Shown here piece by piece: positions 38,911 through 47,408 of a stretch of DNA of 64,000 bases. The stretch lies in the NCBI GenBank assembly GCA_964580065.1, contig CAZOJE010000002.1, positions 2,978 to 66,977 on the forward strand, in the 5' to 3' direction. The DNA comes from an uncultured Candidatus Saccharibacteria bacterium. Lineage in GTDB: Bacteria > Patescibacteriota > UBA1384 > DTJR01. Every line of letters starts with the position of its first letter. Within the stretch, counting starts at the first letter, position 1. Both the position numbers and the translations under genes were made by a program. The notes beneath the pieces were generated by a model, which did not search any database, was not told where the DNA came from, and saw only the letters and a program-made list of their open reading frames with translations.

Positions 38911-39038
38911 TGTTTTCTCCTAAATATAAGTTTATATCTTTTTTGTCGGTTTTATCAATGCCGAGACTGCAAATTAGGATATTTTTTCAATATTATTCTT
39001 TTTGTAGACAGATATTTTTATACTAAAGGAGATGTAAA

Positions 39039-39722
39039 ATGGAAAAATTTTATCCGGAAAATTTTTTTGATTTAAGCGAATTTGAGTTTAAAGACGTTTT
39101 CTTATCCAACAAACCGGCTTGGGAAACGGTGAGGAATCTTGAATCATATCTTAAATCATTTTTTCAAAAATCAGAAAAAATAGATTTAAACGAGAGATTT
39201 CCTCGGGCTTTTATCGAAGGAAAAAACGTTTACGTCGGTGAAAATACTAAAATTTTCCCCGGCGCTTTTATTGGCGAAAATGTGATCATCGCTAATAATT
39301 GCGAAATCCGTCCGGGGGCTTTTATCCGCGAAAATGTAATTCTCGGCAATGATTGTATCGTTGGCAACTCTTGTGAAATTAAAAATGCTATCTTGCTGAA
39401 CCATGCCTGGACGTCGCATTTTAATTACATTGGCGATTCTATCGTCGGAAGTAATACCAATATTGCCGCCAGTACGATCTTTGCCAATATCAGATTCGAT
39501 TTTTTCGATGAAGACGCTAAAACAATTCAAGTTAAGGACGGTCAAGATCGATATGACACAAAATTAAGAAAATTTGGGGCGATTTTTGGCGATAACAGCC
39601 AAACGGGTTGCAAATGCGTCTTAAATCCGGGCACATTTGTCGGTAAAAAATCAACACTTGGGGGCCTCAAGGGTTATAGTGGATATATTGAGCCGGGGTC
39701 ATTTATTTTAGAGCGAAATTAG
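39039..39722 (+). CDS. Hexapeptide-repeat (LbH) protein resembling the GlmU C-terminal domain
   Basis: Hexapeptide repeats; GNSCEIKN, HFNYIGDS and RKFGAIFGD motifs. Confidence 0.85.
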   Translation: MEKFYPENFFDLSEFEFKDVFLSNKPAWETVRNLESYLKSFFQKSEKIDLNERFPRAFIEGKNVYVGENTKIFPGAFIGENVIIANNCEIRPGAFIRENVILGNDCIVGNSCEIKNAILLNHAWTSHFNYIGDSIVGSNTNIAASTIFANIRFDFFDEDAKTIQVKDGQDRYDTKLRKFGAIFGDNSQTGCKCVLNPGTFVGKKSTLGGLKGYSGYIEPGSFILERN

Positions 39723-40255
39723 TTCTGGCTAATCTCGAGCGAGTTGATGATTCTGTAATAATCTTTTAAAAAGTTTAGATTGCTTCGGCTTATGAACGTA
39801 TTAGTTTGGTCATAATAGGTGTCGTAAAATTTAACTAGAACGATCAGGCCGTCTTTTTTGAAGTAATTGTAAGTTATTCTATCGCCCGAAACGATCTGGC
39901 TAAATTCATATCCTTCGGCGGACAGTTTCAAATTCTTTTTTAGATCGCTTCTGGTGATTTGCGGATAGGAATCTAAAATAACCTGCTTGAGATCTTTTGA
40001 CTGGGCGTCGGTTTGGATTGCGGCTATTTCGATTAATTTGTTGCTGTTATTTTGGATTGTAATCAGCTTTATATTGTCAAAACTCGTTTCATCTAAGCTG
40101 AAGTTGCCATTATAGCTAAAAGACATATTTTCATCTTCGTATGATTTCAGCGTAGAGGAATTTCGATTGACAAAAAAAGCCGCCCCAAACATAAGTAGGC
40201 AAATGGCGCCCACAATGACGCTATCGAAGGATAGATTTTTTTTAACTTTTTTCAC
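39719..40255 (-). CDS. Single-pass membrane protein with an extracytoplasmic domain
   Basis: N-terminal TM helix and a YEDENMSFSY motif. Confidence 0.65.
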   Translation of the reverse strand: MKKVKKNLSFDSVIVGAICLLMFGAAFFVNRNSSTLKSYEDENMSFSYNGNFSLDETSFDNIKLITIQNNSNKLIEIAAIQTDAQSKDLKQVILDSYPQITRSDLKKNLKLSAEGYEFSQIVSGDRITYNYFKKDGLIVLVKFYDTYYDQTNTFISRSNLNFLKDYYRIINSLEISQN

Positions 40256-40574
40256 TTTCAGTGTGGATTATTTCTCTTATTGCAACAACAAAAGCCGATG
40301 CGGCAACAAAGGAAACAAAGTCATTAAGAATGAGCTGAACGACTCCACCGAGACTGCCTGTAGAAAAAAGTGCGCTAATTCCAGCTGTACCCACAACGAG
40401 CAAGGTAATTGATGCTATTAAAAATTTCTGCGCTTCTTTTTCGTTGATATTAACAAAGCCGACAATGAACCCGAGTAACATTAAAACGACTGGCATGGGT
40501 GACCAATCAATATATCCTGACGCAACCGACAAGACGATACCTACAATAAATAACCATTTCCCTATATTTTTCAT
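40242..40574 (-). CDS. Small 4-TM membrane protein
   Basis: Hydrophobic; LGFIVGFVNI..KE...FL pattern; AGGAGG RBS. Confidence 0.75.
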   Translation of the reverse strand: MKNIGKWLFIVGIVLSVASGYIDWSPMPVVLMLLGFIVGFVNINEKEAQKFLIASITLLVVGTAGISALFSTGSLGGVVQLILNDFVSFVAASAFVVAIREIIHTESEKS

Positions 40575-40644
40575 CTTCCTCCTTAAAATTAATTATAGCA
40601 AATACTAAAAAATATGCTAAAAGCAGAATTTTATTTTGAGATGC

Positions 40645-41070
40645 CTAGTTGATATAAAAATCCTTGATCTGAAATAGGAAATATAGCGAAATAATAAGAC
40701 TAACAATTAATGTGATAAAATCACTTGCAACCAAGTCACCAACAGCGCTAATCAGTGTAGCGTAAAAAAGGATTCGCCATGCACTTAATTTTCTTGCCTC
40801 TAATCCTTTAATAGCAGAAAATCTCATAATTATAGCAATCAACGAAACCCCCCAAATCAAATAGCCCATTGGCATGAATAGATAAAAGAATTTTCTGGGG
40901 ACTAAATCGTTCAGTGGTAATACATGGAAAGCTGTGAGTGCAAAAAATGACGGAATTATAGATACATAAAAAACGATAATCATCAAAGGAATATATCTGA
41001 CGATTATTTCCTTGACTCTTTTTGGCAACTGCGGCAAATTTTTGCTTAAATTAGCCAGATAATCTTCCAT
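40645..41070 (-). CDS. Small multi-TM membrane protein
   Basis: PQLPKRVKEIIV...SLYFLFQIK..Y; strong RBS. Confidence 0.75.
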   Translation of the reverse strand: MEDYLANLSKNLPQLPKRVKEIIVRYIPLMIIVFYVSIIPSFFALTAFHVLPLNDLVPRKFFYLFMPMGYLIWGVSLIAIIMRFSAIKGLEARKLSAWRILFYATLISAVGDLVASDFITLIVSLIISLYFLFQIKDFYIN

Positions 41071-41113
41071 GTCTCCCCCTCCTTTTTAGTTATTCGGGCA
41101 AAAATTTATTATT

Positions 41114-41797
41114 TTAGCGGGAGTTTAGGCCGTCTTTTAATTTAATAATCTTTTTGCATTGCGCGGCGACTTCCATATTGTGCGTGACAATCAAGAAAGT
41201 TTTGTTTTGATTTTTATTTAAATCTTTGAGGATTTTCATGATTTCCAACGAAGTCTTTGTGTCGAGTTCTCCGGTCGGCTCATCGGCTAAAATTATAGTA
41301 GGGTCGTTAATGAGAGCCCGGGCAATAGCAACTCTTTGTTGCTGGCCGCCAGAAAGTTCGTTTGGCTTGTGGCTCATTCTTTTTTCTAAACCAAGTAATT
41401 TTAAAAGATTCTTAGCTTTTTCCATCCTTTCCGATTTTTTTAAACCGCCATATTTTCCGGCTAAGGTGACATTTTCAAGGGCCGTCAGTGTGGGGACGAG
41501 ATTGAAGCCCTGAAAGATGAACCCGATTTTTTTAGAGCGGATTTTATGAGCGTTTTTTTCTTTTAATTTTGACATATTAACGCCGTCAATCTCGAGATGC
41601 CCTTCATCAGGACGATCCAGTAGACCTAAAATATGCATTAAAGTTGATTTGCCGCAACCAGAAGGGCCAACTATGGCGGAAAAATCCCCTTCAGAAACTT
41701 CTATGTTAACTCCACGTAGAGCATGCACGACATTCTTTTTTGACATTCGGTAAGATTTTTTTATACCTTCAGCTTTTACAATAATTTTTTCTCTCAT
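41114..41797 (-). CDS. LolD/MacB-type ABC ATPase
   Basis: [24 protein letters not shown] and ADEPTGELD motifs. Confidence 0.95.
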   Translation of the reverse strand: MREKIIVKAEGIKKSYRMSKKNVVHALRGVNIEVSEGDFSAIVGPSGCGKSTLMHILGLLDRPDEGHLEIDGVNMSKLKEKNAHKIRSKKIGFIFQGFNLVPTLTALENVTLAGKYGGLKKSERMEKAKNLLKLLGLEKRMSHKPNELSGGQQQRVAIARALINDPTIILADEPTGELDTKTSLEIMKILKDLNKNQNKTFLIVTHNMEVAAQCKKIIKLKDGLNSR

Positions 41798-43083
41798 AAT
41801 TCCCTCATTGCATCAACGACGTTTAGTTTTGACGCCCTAATGGCTGGTATTACGCCGGCAATAATTCCGACAACAAAAGAAAAGATTATTACTTCAATCA
41901 GAAAATTTCCTTGAATTAAAAATATTTCAGCACCTTTTTCGGCCATTTTGGCATTCATGATGCCTGCGGTTAAAACGCCCAGTCCCATACCGATTGCTCC
42001 GCCAACCAAACCGATAATTCCGGCTTCAAGGGTATATTCAAGGGCGATTGAAAACGGCGAAGCGCCAATAGCTTTTTTTATGCCAATTTCTTTTGTTCTT
42101 TCGGAAATTGACATGACCATCGTGTTGACGATCGAAGAAAGACCTACAATCAAAGCTAGTAGCGCACTTCCCAAAATGATAGCGTTCATTGTAGCGGTGG
42201 CTTTGTCAATTTGCTCGCCCATTTTATCTGGCGAAAGAACAATAACATCGTTTTTGAACTGATCTTTTATTCGGTTTGCTACCTCTTCGGAATTAGCACC
42301 TTCTTTCCAAGAAACAGCAGCCATTGAGGTGACATCTTCAACCTTGAATGTTTTGGCTTGAATTAATTGCTGACGTAAATCAGCTGGCAGTGAGGCCAAT
42401 TCACTTTGCGAAATATTAGCCGCTTTTTCAGACTGTTCTTTGAGTGATTTTAAGAATGGGTTGGCTTCGATATATAATTCGCGCGCTGGTTTTAGCGGCA
42501 TAAACACATAGTAGTCTGGGCCGGTCATCGTTTTGTCGGAAATTCCAACGACTTTAAATTGACGATTGCGAATCGTAACCGTGTCCCCAACCTTCCAGCC
42601 CTTATCAAGGGCGATTGTATAACCGATCGTAATCGAATCTTCACTATCTCCTTTTTCAACCATCTTGCCATCTTTCATTGCCATACTTGTCCAGTTGACA
42701 TTGCGGAAGTTTGAGCTTGTATCAACTGCTTCGATTGTGGGCGGGATACCAAAGTTCACTCCGCTTGTTGGATTATCCGGGTTGGGTTCATCTAAAGATA
42801 GCTCGACACCAGCAGCGACATCTTTGACGCCTTCTACTTGAGCAATCTTATTTAATGTGTCGACCGGAAGCATTGCGCCAACTTGTCCCGTAGCGTAATC
42901 AGTACCTTTGGGCATAATTGAAATTTGACCGGTGACATATTTTTTTCCACCGTCGATCATTTTGTTTAATTTCAGGGCCATTGAACCCATTACGGTAAAC
43001 GCAAAAATTCCGATAACAATACCAAAAATTGTTAAAACGGTCCTAAACTTCCTTCGCCACATATTTCGAAAAATTTCTATCAT
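41794..43083 (-). CDS. MacB/FtsX-type ABC permease
   Basis: RTVLTIFGIVIGI, ERTKEIGIKKAIGA and PAIRAS motifs. Confidence 0.92.
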   Translation of the reverse strand: MIEIFRNMWRRKFRTVLTIFGIVIGIFAFTVMGSMALKLNKMIDGGKKYVTGQISIMPKGTDYATGQVGAMLPVDTLNKIAQVEGVKDVAAGVELSLDEPNPDNPTSGVNFGIPPTIEAVDTSSNFRNVNWTSMAMKDGKMVEKGDSEDSITIGYTIALDKGWKVGDTVTIRNRQFKVVGISDKTMTGPDYYVFMPLKPARELYIEANPFLKSLKEQSEKAANISQSELASLPADLRQQLIQAKTFKVEDVTSMAAVSWKEGANSEEVANRIKDQFKNDVIVLSPDKMGEQIDKATATMNAIILGSALLALIVGLSSIVNTMVMSISERTKEIGIKKAIGASPFSIALEYTLEAGIIGLVGGAIGMGLGVLTAGIMNAKMAEKGAEIFLIQGNFLIEVIIFSFVVGIIAGVIPAIRASKLNVVDAMREL

Positions 43084-43184
43084 AATTATTCCTTATAATG
43101 AAAAGATTAACATTAATTCGCAAGTACCTCAAATGTTATTAAGATTTTATTATACGCTACGAGCGTGATTTTACTTATTTTTTC

Positions 43185-43601
43185 CTAAGATGCGGATGTT
43201 TGATCTGGCTCATTTTTTTCTTCAATCCAATTTCGAAATTCGCCAGTAAAAAAACTGTAGATAATACCGGATTCATGATCGGCCTTAATTGTTTGCTGTT
43301 CGCTTTCGGGTATAGAGCTATCTGTTAGCAGGTGAAACAAAGCCGTGTGGCGGATATCTTTACCATAGCTTTCCAGCCACTGCTTACAAATGGCAGTTTT
43401 TGCATTATAAATTTTCATTTTTATTGTCATGTCTTTTATGTCAACGTATTGCTGGTATATTTGTTGACACTCTCTGACTTTTGCAGCGTTTTCTGGTGGC
43501 ATAAATTCTGCGGCTTTAAGAATGCTAACTCCGGTGATATTTTTTTGATCTGGGTCAGGATCTCCTTCTGGCGGTATCATATTGCCATTTTCGTTAAACA
43601 T
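43185..43601 (-). CDS. Hypothetical protein
   Basis: 138-aa ORF with AAGGAG RBS. Confidence 0.65.
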   Translation of the reverse strand: MFNENGNMIPPEGDPDPDQKNITGVSILKAAEFMPPENAAKVRECQQIYQQYVDIKDMTIKMKIYNAKTAICKQWLESYGKDIRHTALFHLLTDSSIPESEQQTIKADHESGIIYSFFTGEFRNWIEEKNEPDQTSAS

Positions 43602-43610
43602 ATTGCTCCT

Positions 43611-43799
43611 TTAAAATTTTAGAAGCTCGAGAATTTTATACATTAATATTGCTGGCCAAACAATGGCTTTCAAAAAGCCCAAAACTCCCATCCAAAACGT
43701 GCTAGAGTGCTGAATGAAATAAACCGCGGCGCCAACGAAGGCCAATCCATATATTCCGCCGCAAGGAGCGTGCGCTTCACTATTTTTTACTTTCCACAT
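43611..43799 (-). CDS. Small membrane protein
   Basis: GGIYGLAFVGAAVYF...LGFLKAIVWPA; AGGAGG RBS. Confidence 0.75.
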   Translation of the reverse strand: MWKVKNSEAHAPCGGIYGLAFVGAAVYFIQHSSTFWMGVLGFLKAIVWPAILMYKILELLKF

Positions 43800-44036
43800 A
43801 ATCCTCCTAACTTAAATTTGGCTAAGATTTATTCGTTGATAATAACGTATTATATTACGGCTTTGATTTCAATATAGTCTCGAAGAGAACGAAATATTTT
43901 TTGCTTATTAAACCTTTAACAGATATAAATTTCGCCAGACAGATCGGACACCAAGTCCATCTTCTTGACAAAGGTAGGCCAAGAGGTACGATTTTGTCAG
44001 TATTACGCGCGAACCTTGAAAGGAGGTTCGGTCAAA

Positions 44037-44747
44037 GTGGAACGGTCGAAATCCGAGCAGGTCAGGTTTCGTATCGAAGCCGCTAAGGGTAACGTGGTTT
44101 TTGAACGCAAGCCCCTTTGGTGGCTTCCCGGACTTGTGCTGGGTTTCAACATAGCATTGCTTTGTGTGGGCATTGCCATCTTCTACAAGATAACAGTAGC
44201 TATCATGGTAACGCTTGCCTTGGTAGCAGGGAATGTCCTTGCAATGGTTGTTATCGACGTCAGCTTGCGTCGAAAATGCACGCTGGCGTCAATCCGCGAT
44301 CTGGGACAAATCGCTGTTAATGATGACGAAGATCTCGCTGATGAGATTCTGTCTGTTCTTATTCCGCTTGCATTAAGGCAGAGCGGAAATCAAACGATAG
44401 CATTGCGTTCGTTGCTGTCGTTTGTTCACGTGAACGAACTGTCGCCAGAGATCGTTTGTCAGCTGTCAGACGATCTTCTCCTTACATCACCAAGAGCGCA
44501 TTTCCTTCTTGGTCACTTTTTTGTGGAGGTCGACGACAGCAAGAGAGCGAAAAGGCATCTCGTTCTCGCTTTGAATGGCAAAGGCGAGACAGCCGCAAAA
44601 GCTGTCAAGCTACTATCTCATCTCGTTGACCAGGACACACTCGAAGATCTCGTTGACCAAACGGATCGGCCCGCTTGCGCTAAATCGCAACTTCTTGGCG
44701 CTGTGCAGAAGTTGTACGTACGGCCGAAGCCGAGTTCCGCCTCTTAG
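44037..44747 (+). CDS. Orphan membrane protein with two TM helices and a helical TPR-like C-terminus
   Basis: AAGGAGGT RBS before GTG 44037; higher GC than the flanking genes. Confidence 0.6.
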   Translation: MERSKSEQVRFRIEAAKGNVVFERKPLWWLPGLVLGFNIALLCVGIAIFYKITVAIMVTLALVAGNVLAMVVIDVSLRRKCTLASIRDLGQIAVNDDEDLADEILSVLIPLALRQSGNQTIALRSLLSFVHVNELSPEIVCQLSDDLLLTSPRAHFLLGHFFVEVDDSKRAKRHLVLALNGKGETAAKAVKLLSHLVDQDTLEDLVDQTDRPACAKSQLLGAVQKLYVRPKPSSAS

Positions 44748-44760
44748 TAGGCCATAAGAA

Positions 44761-44796
44761 AAGGGCTCGTTGCGTGTGTACACGCAACGAGCCCTT
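44761..44796. terminator. Perfect long hairpin between convergent genes
   Basis: AAGGGCTCGTTGCGTGT-GT-ACACGCAACGAGCCCTT. Confidence 0.8.
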
Positions 44797-44818
44797 GATG
44801 TTTTCGAAGCGCTAACGC

Positions 44819-44944
44819 CTAATGCGTCAGTACGTCCGCAAAGACAACCGAGAAAACAACAAGACCTGCTAAAATCAAGAATATCAGCAGGTCCCAAATG
44901 TCAACTTTGCGTTCTTTTGCCTCTCCGTTCTCGTCTTTCGACAA
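44819..44944 (-). CDS. Unannotated 41-aa single-TM small protein
   Basis: AAGGAGG RBS and TTG start; MSKDENGEAKERKVDIWDLLIFLILAGLVVFSVVFADVLTH; TTGACA promoter at 45008-45013. Confidence 0.65.
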   Translation of the reverse strand: MSKDENGEAKERKVDIWDLLIFLILAGLVVFSVVFADVLTH

Positions 44945-45049
44945 GAGGATCGCCTCCTTCATGTCTGCAGATTCAACTGACTAAAATATTAGTCTAGTTT
45001 TCATACCTGTCAATACAAATTCAGTTAAGTCTAAGAGAACTTTTTAAAA

Positions 45050-47389
45050 TTAAGGGAGATTTTTATCAACTCGGCCACTCCAATCTAACGCCGTAAAACC
45101 ATTTCGAAACGGAATTTCGGCAAAATTTGGCTCGGGCAAGTTGATTTTTGCCATCAACGGGCGAAAGTACATCACGATCGGAATAAAGGTATCTGGTTTT
45201 GGCGAAATTTCTAAATTGAGTATTTTTTCCGCTTCGGCTAACGGATAGTGAGATATTTGAATATATGGGCCCAGTCCTTTTAGTTTCTTTTGCCAAAAGG
45301 TCACAAAATCCCTTGTTTCTCTTTCATTTAGTTTCAGATTGTGGGCATATTCTGTTAACCCTTTAGCTAAATTAGCGCTTTCAACAACAACGCCGTTTTT
45401 AGGAGGGTTTAAATTAGCGCCTTTATAATCATATTTAATATTATTGTAAATTTGGCCTTCTGAAAAAAGCTGTCCGTTGACAGTGGCCGTTACGTTCCAG
45501 TGTCCGTTTTTATCAATTGGATTCGTGTTGTAAACGGCATTACCTGAACTAATAGAAACTGAAGTTGCTCTGGTGGGGTAAAGATAAAGCGGTGAATCAA
45601 AACAATGATAAAATTGCGCATCCCTATAAGTCAATTTTGACCATGGGTTACGAATATCGTTGTCTTCGGTATATCCACCATTTGTGGCAATAAAAAATTT
45701 ATCGCATTGTTCATCCGACAGTTCCTTCGAATTATCAAGTTTCCATCTTATTACTTCTTCAACTGTCATTTCTCTTTTAACACCGTCCGGCGTTATAACA
45801 GTGTAAACGGCTTCGGTTGAACCAGGCTTGAAATAATAGCCCATCATATTTGGCTTTGTCATATCAATACAACCATTAGTGCAATCGGAAGATTTGAAAG
45901 ATGACTGGAAAGCGGTTGCTTTATTTTCCGATACTATTTGCGACTTGTCTGGTGTCCAAGCTGAAACTTGAGTATTGCTTGGAATACTAGAAGAACTTTT
46001 TGCTTGAGCGCTTTCGTCAACCGTTGTTTTTACATTAGCGGCGTCTTGGTTGAGCGTGGGAACATTTTCAGCCGTTGGAACGCTGTTATCGGGGAAACTG
46101 GCTTGTTTTTTGACCTCTCCAGTTTTGGGATCAGCCAGCATGACATCGCTGGCTAAAAAAGCGCTTGGCGTAGAGCCCAAGAACGAAACGCCCGCCTTTA
46201 AATCGTCTGTATAGTGAACCATCAACATCATTCCGCTATTGGTAAAGTTTGAGGCGCGAAACTTAGCATCAGCTTTAATCTGGACAGATGTTTTGTTCTT
46301 AACATTAATAGATAGGGTGTAATATTCGTTATTTTGTTTATTTTTTATTGTCGCGCCAATATATTGGCCATCATTTGAAATCAGCGGTGCGGCGGAAACA
46401 AAAGAGTTTAAATCTTTAAAGACAAGTGTTTTTTCTCCAGTTGTTAAATCTAGCAAATATATTTCGTCGGGATTTTTTTGAGCAAAGTCAGATGCCTTGC
46501 GTGTTGCAACCAGCGGCTCTGTCGGACTGACAACAACGGCTGTTTTGCCATCAGACGAAATTGTTGGCATATACGAATACGAACCGATTTTTAATGGTTC
46601 GTAAGAAACGATTTTTAAAGTATTTTGGTCAACATAAGAGATTCCGCCTCCCCAACCAAATCCTTCAACGGCATTGGGGCAAAAAGTATCGAGAAAAACA
46701 TTATTATTAACATCGTAAAAAATCGGATATTGCAAACAAACGCTTGGATCGAGAATGAATTGCATTAAAGATAAGTTTTCACTGCTAAAATTTCCGTTGA
46801 GCGATTGTGATGCAACGAGAGTTTTGGAGTGATAAGTGCTAAGATCGACTTGAATTACTCGTGATTGGCCGCCCAATAATTTGCCTTTCTCGGAAAGTTT
46901 TACGTCCCACGTGGCAATTAAATTCCCTTTTGGACTCAAAACAAAATCGTCAATAGCAAAACCATCCTTTGGCTCGTAAACCACAGCTACTTTATTAGTT
47001 TTGGCGTCGAAAACCGAAACATTTGTACCGCTACCCTTTTCGTTAATATTGGCGATATAAATAAACCGTCCATCCGGCAAAATTTTAAGTGATTTACCTG
47101 TCGATGGGATTTTTAAGATAGTTTCTCCGGATGAATTATCTGCCGCTTCGGCATCATCTGTTTTAAATAAATTAGACCGCTTGGCCACAGTTTTGGTGAC
47201 GGCTTCTTTAATTTCGATTGAACCGCTTGACTGATCGGCATAATAAAAGGCGCCAGCTTCTTGGGCTGATTTAGTGTTTGTACTTGAAGTTGATTTGCTA
47301 GAATTTGAGCTGTTTTGACAGCCAGTAAGTGAGACGGTTATCGACAAAACTGTAATAATAAGCAAAAAACTTTTAATTTTTATTCTCAT
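45050..47389 (-). CDS. Large lipoprotein with a beta-propeller-like region and a C-terminal PxxYLYP domain
   Basis: Lipobox LTG-C; SPKG/SSDG/SNDG propeller-like repeats; C-terminal PLYLYP...DFVTFW...PKPDT...DWSG. Confidence 0.75.
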   Translation of the reverse strand: MRIKIKSFLLIITVLSITVSLTGCQNSSNSSKSTSSTNTKSAQEAGAFYYADQSSGSIEIKEAVTKTVAKRSNLFKTDDAEAADNSSGETILKIPSTGKSLKILPDGRFIYIANINEKGSGTNVSVFDAKTNKVAVVYEPKDGFAIDDFVLSPKGNLIATWDVKLSEKGKLLGGQSRVIQVDLSTYHSKTLVASQSLNGNFSSENLSLMQFILDPSVCLQYPIFYDVNNNVFLDTFCPNAVEGFGWGGGISYVDQNTLKIVSYEPLKIGSYSYMPTISSDGKTAVVVSPTEPLVATRKASDFAQKNPDEIYLLDLTTGEKTLVFKDLNSFVSAAPLISNDGQYIGATIKNKQNNEYYTLSINVKNKTSVQIKADAKFRASNFTNSGMMLMVHYTDDLKAGVSFLGSTPSAFLASDVMLADPKTGEVKKQASFPDNSVPTAENVPTLNQDAANVKTTVDESAQAKSSSSIPSNTQVSAWTPDKSQIVSENKATAFQSSFKSSDCTNGCIDMTKPNMMGYYFKPGSTEAVYTVITPDGVKREMTVEEVIRWKLDNSKELSDEQCDKFFIATNGGYTEDNDIRNPWSKLTYRDAQFYHCFDSPLYLYPTRATSVSISSGNAVYNTNPIDKNGHWNVTATVNGQLFSEGQIYNNIKYDYKGANLNPPKNGVVVESANLAKGLTEYAHNLKLNERETRDFVTFWQKKLKGLGPYIQISHYPLAEAEKILNLEISPKPDTFIPIVMYFRPLMAKINLPEPNFAEIPFRNGFTALDWSGRVDKNLP

Positions 47390-47408
47390 CAAAATTATTA
47401 TAGCATTT

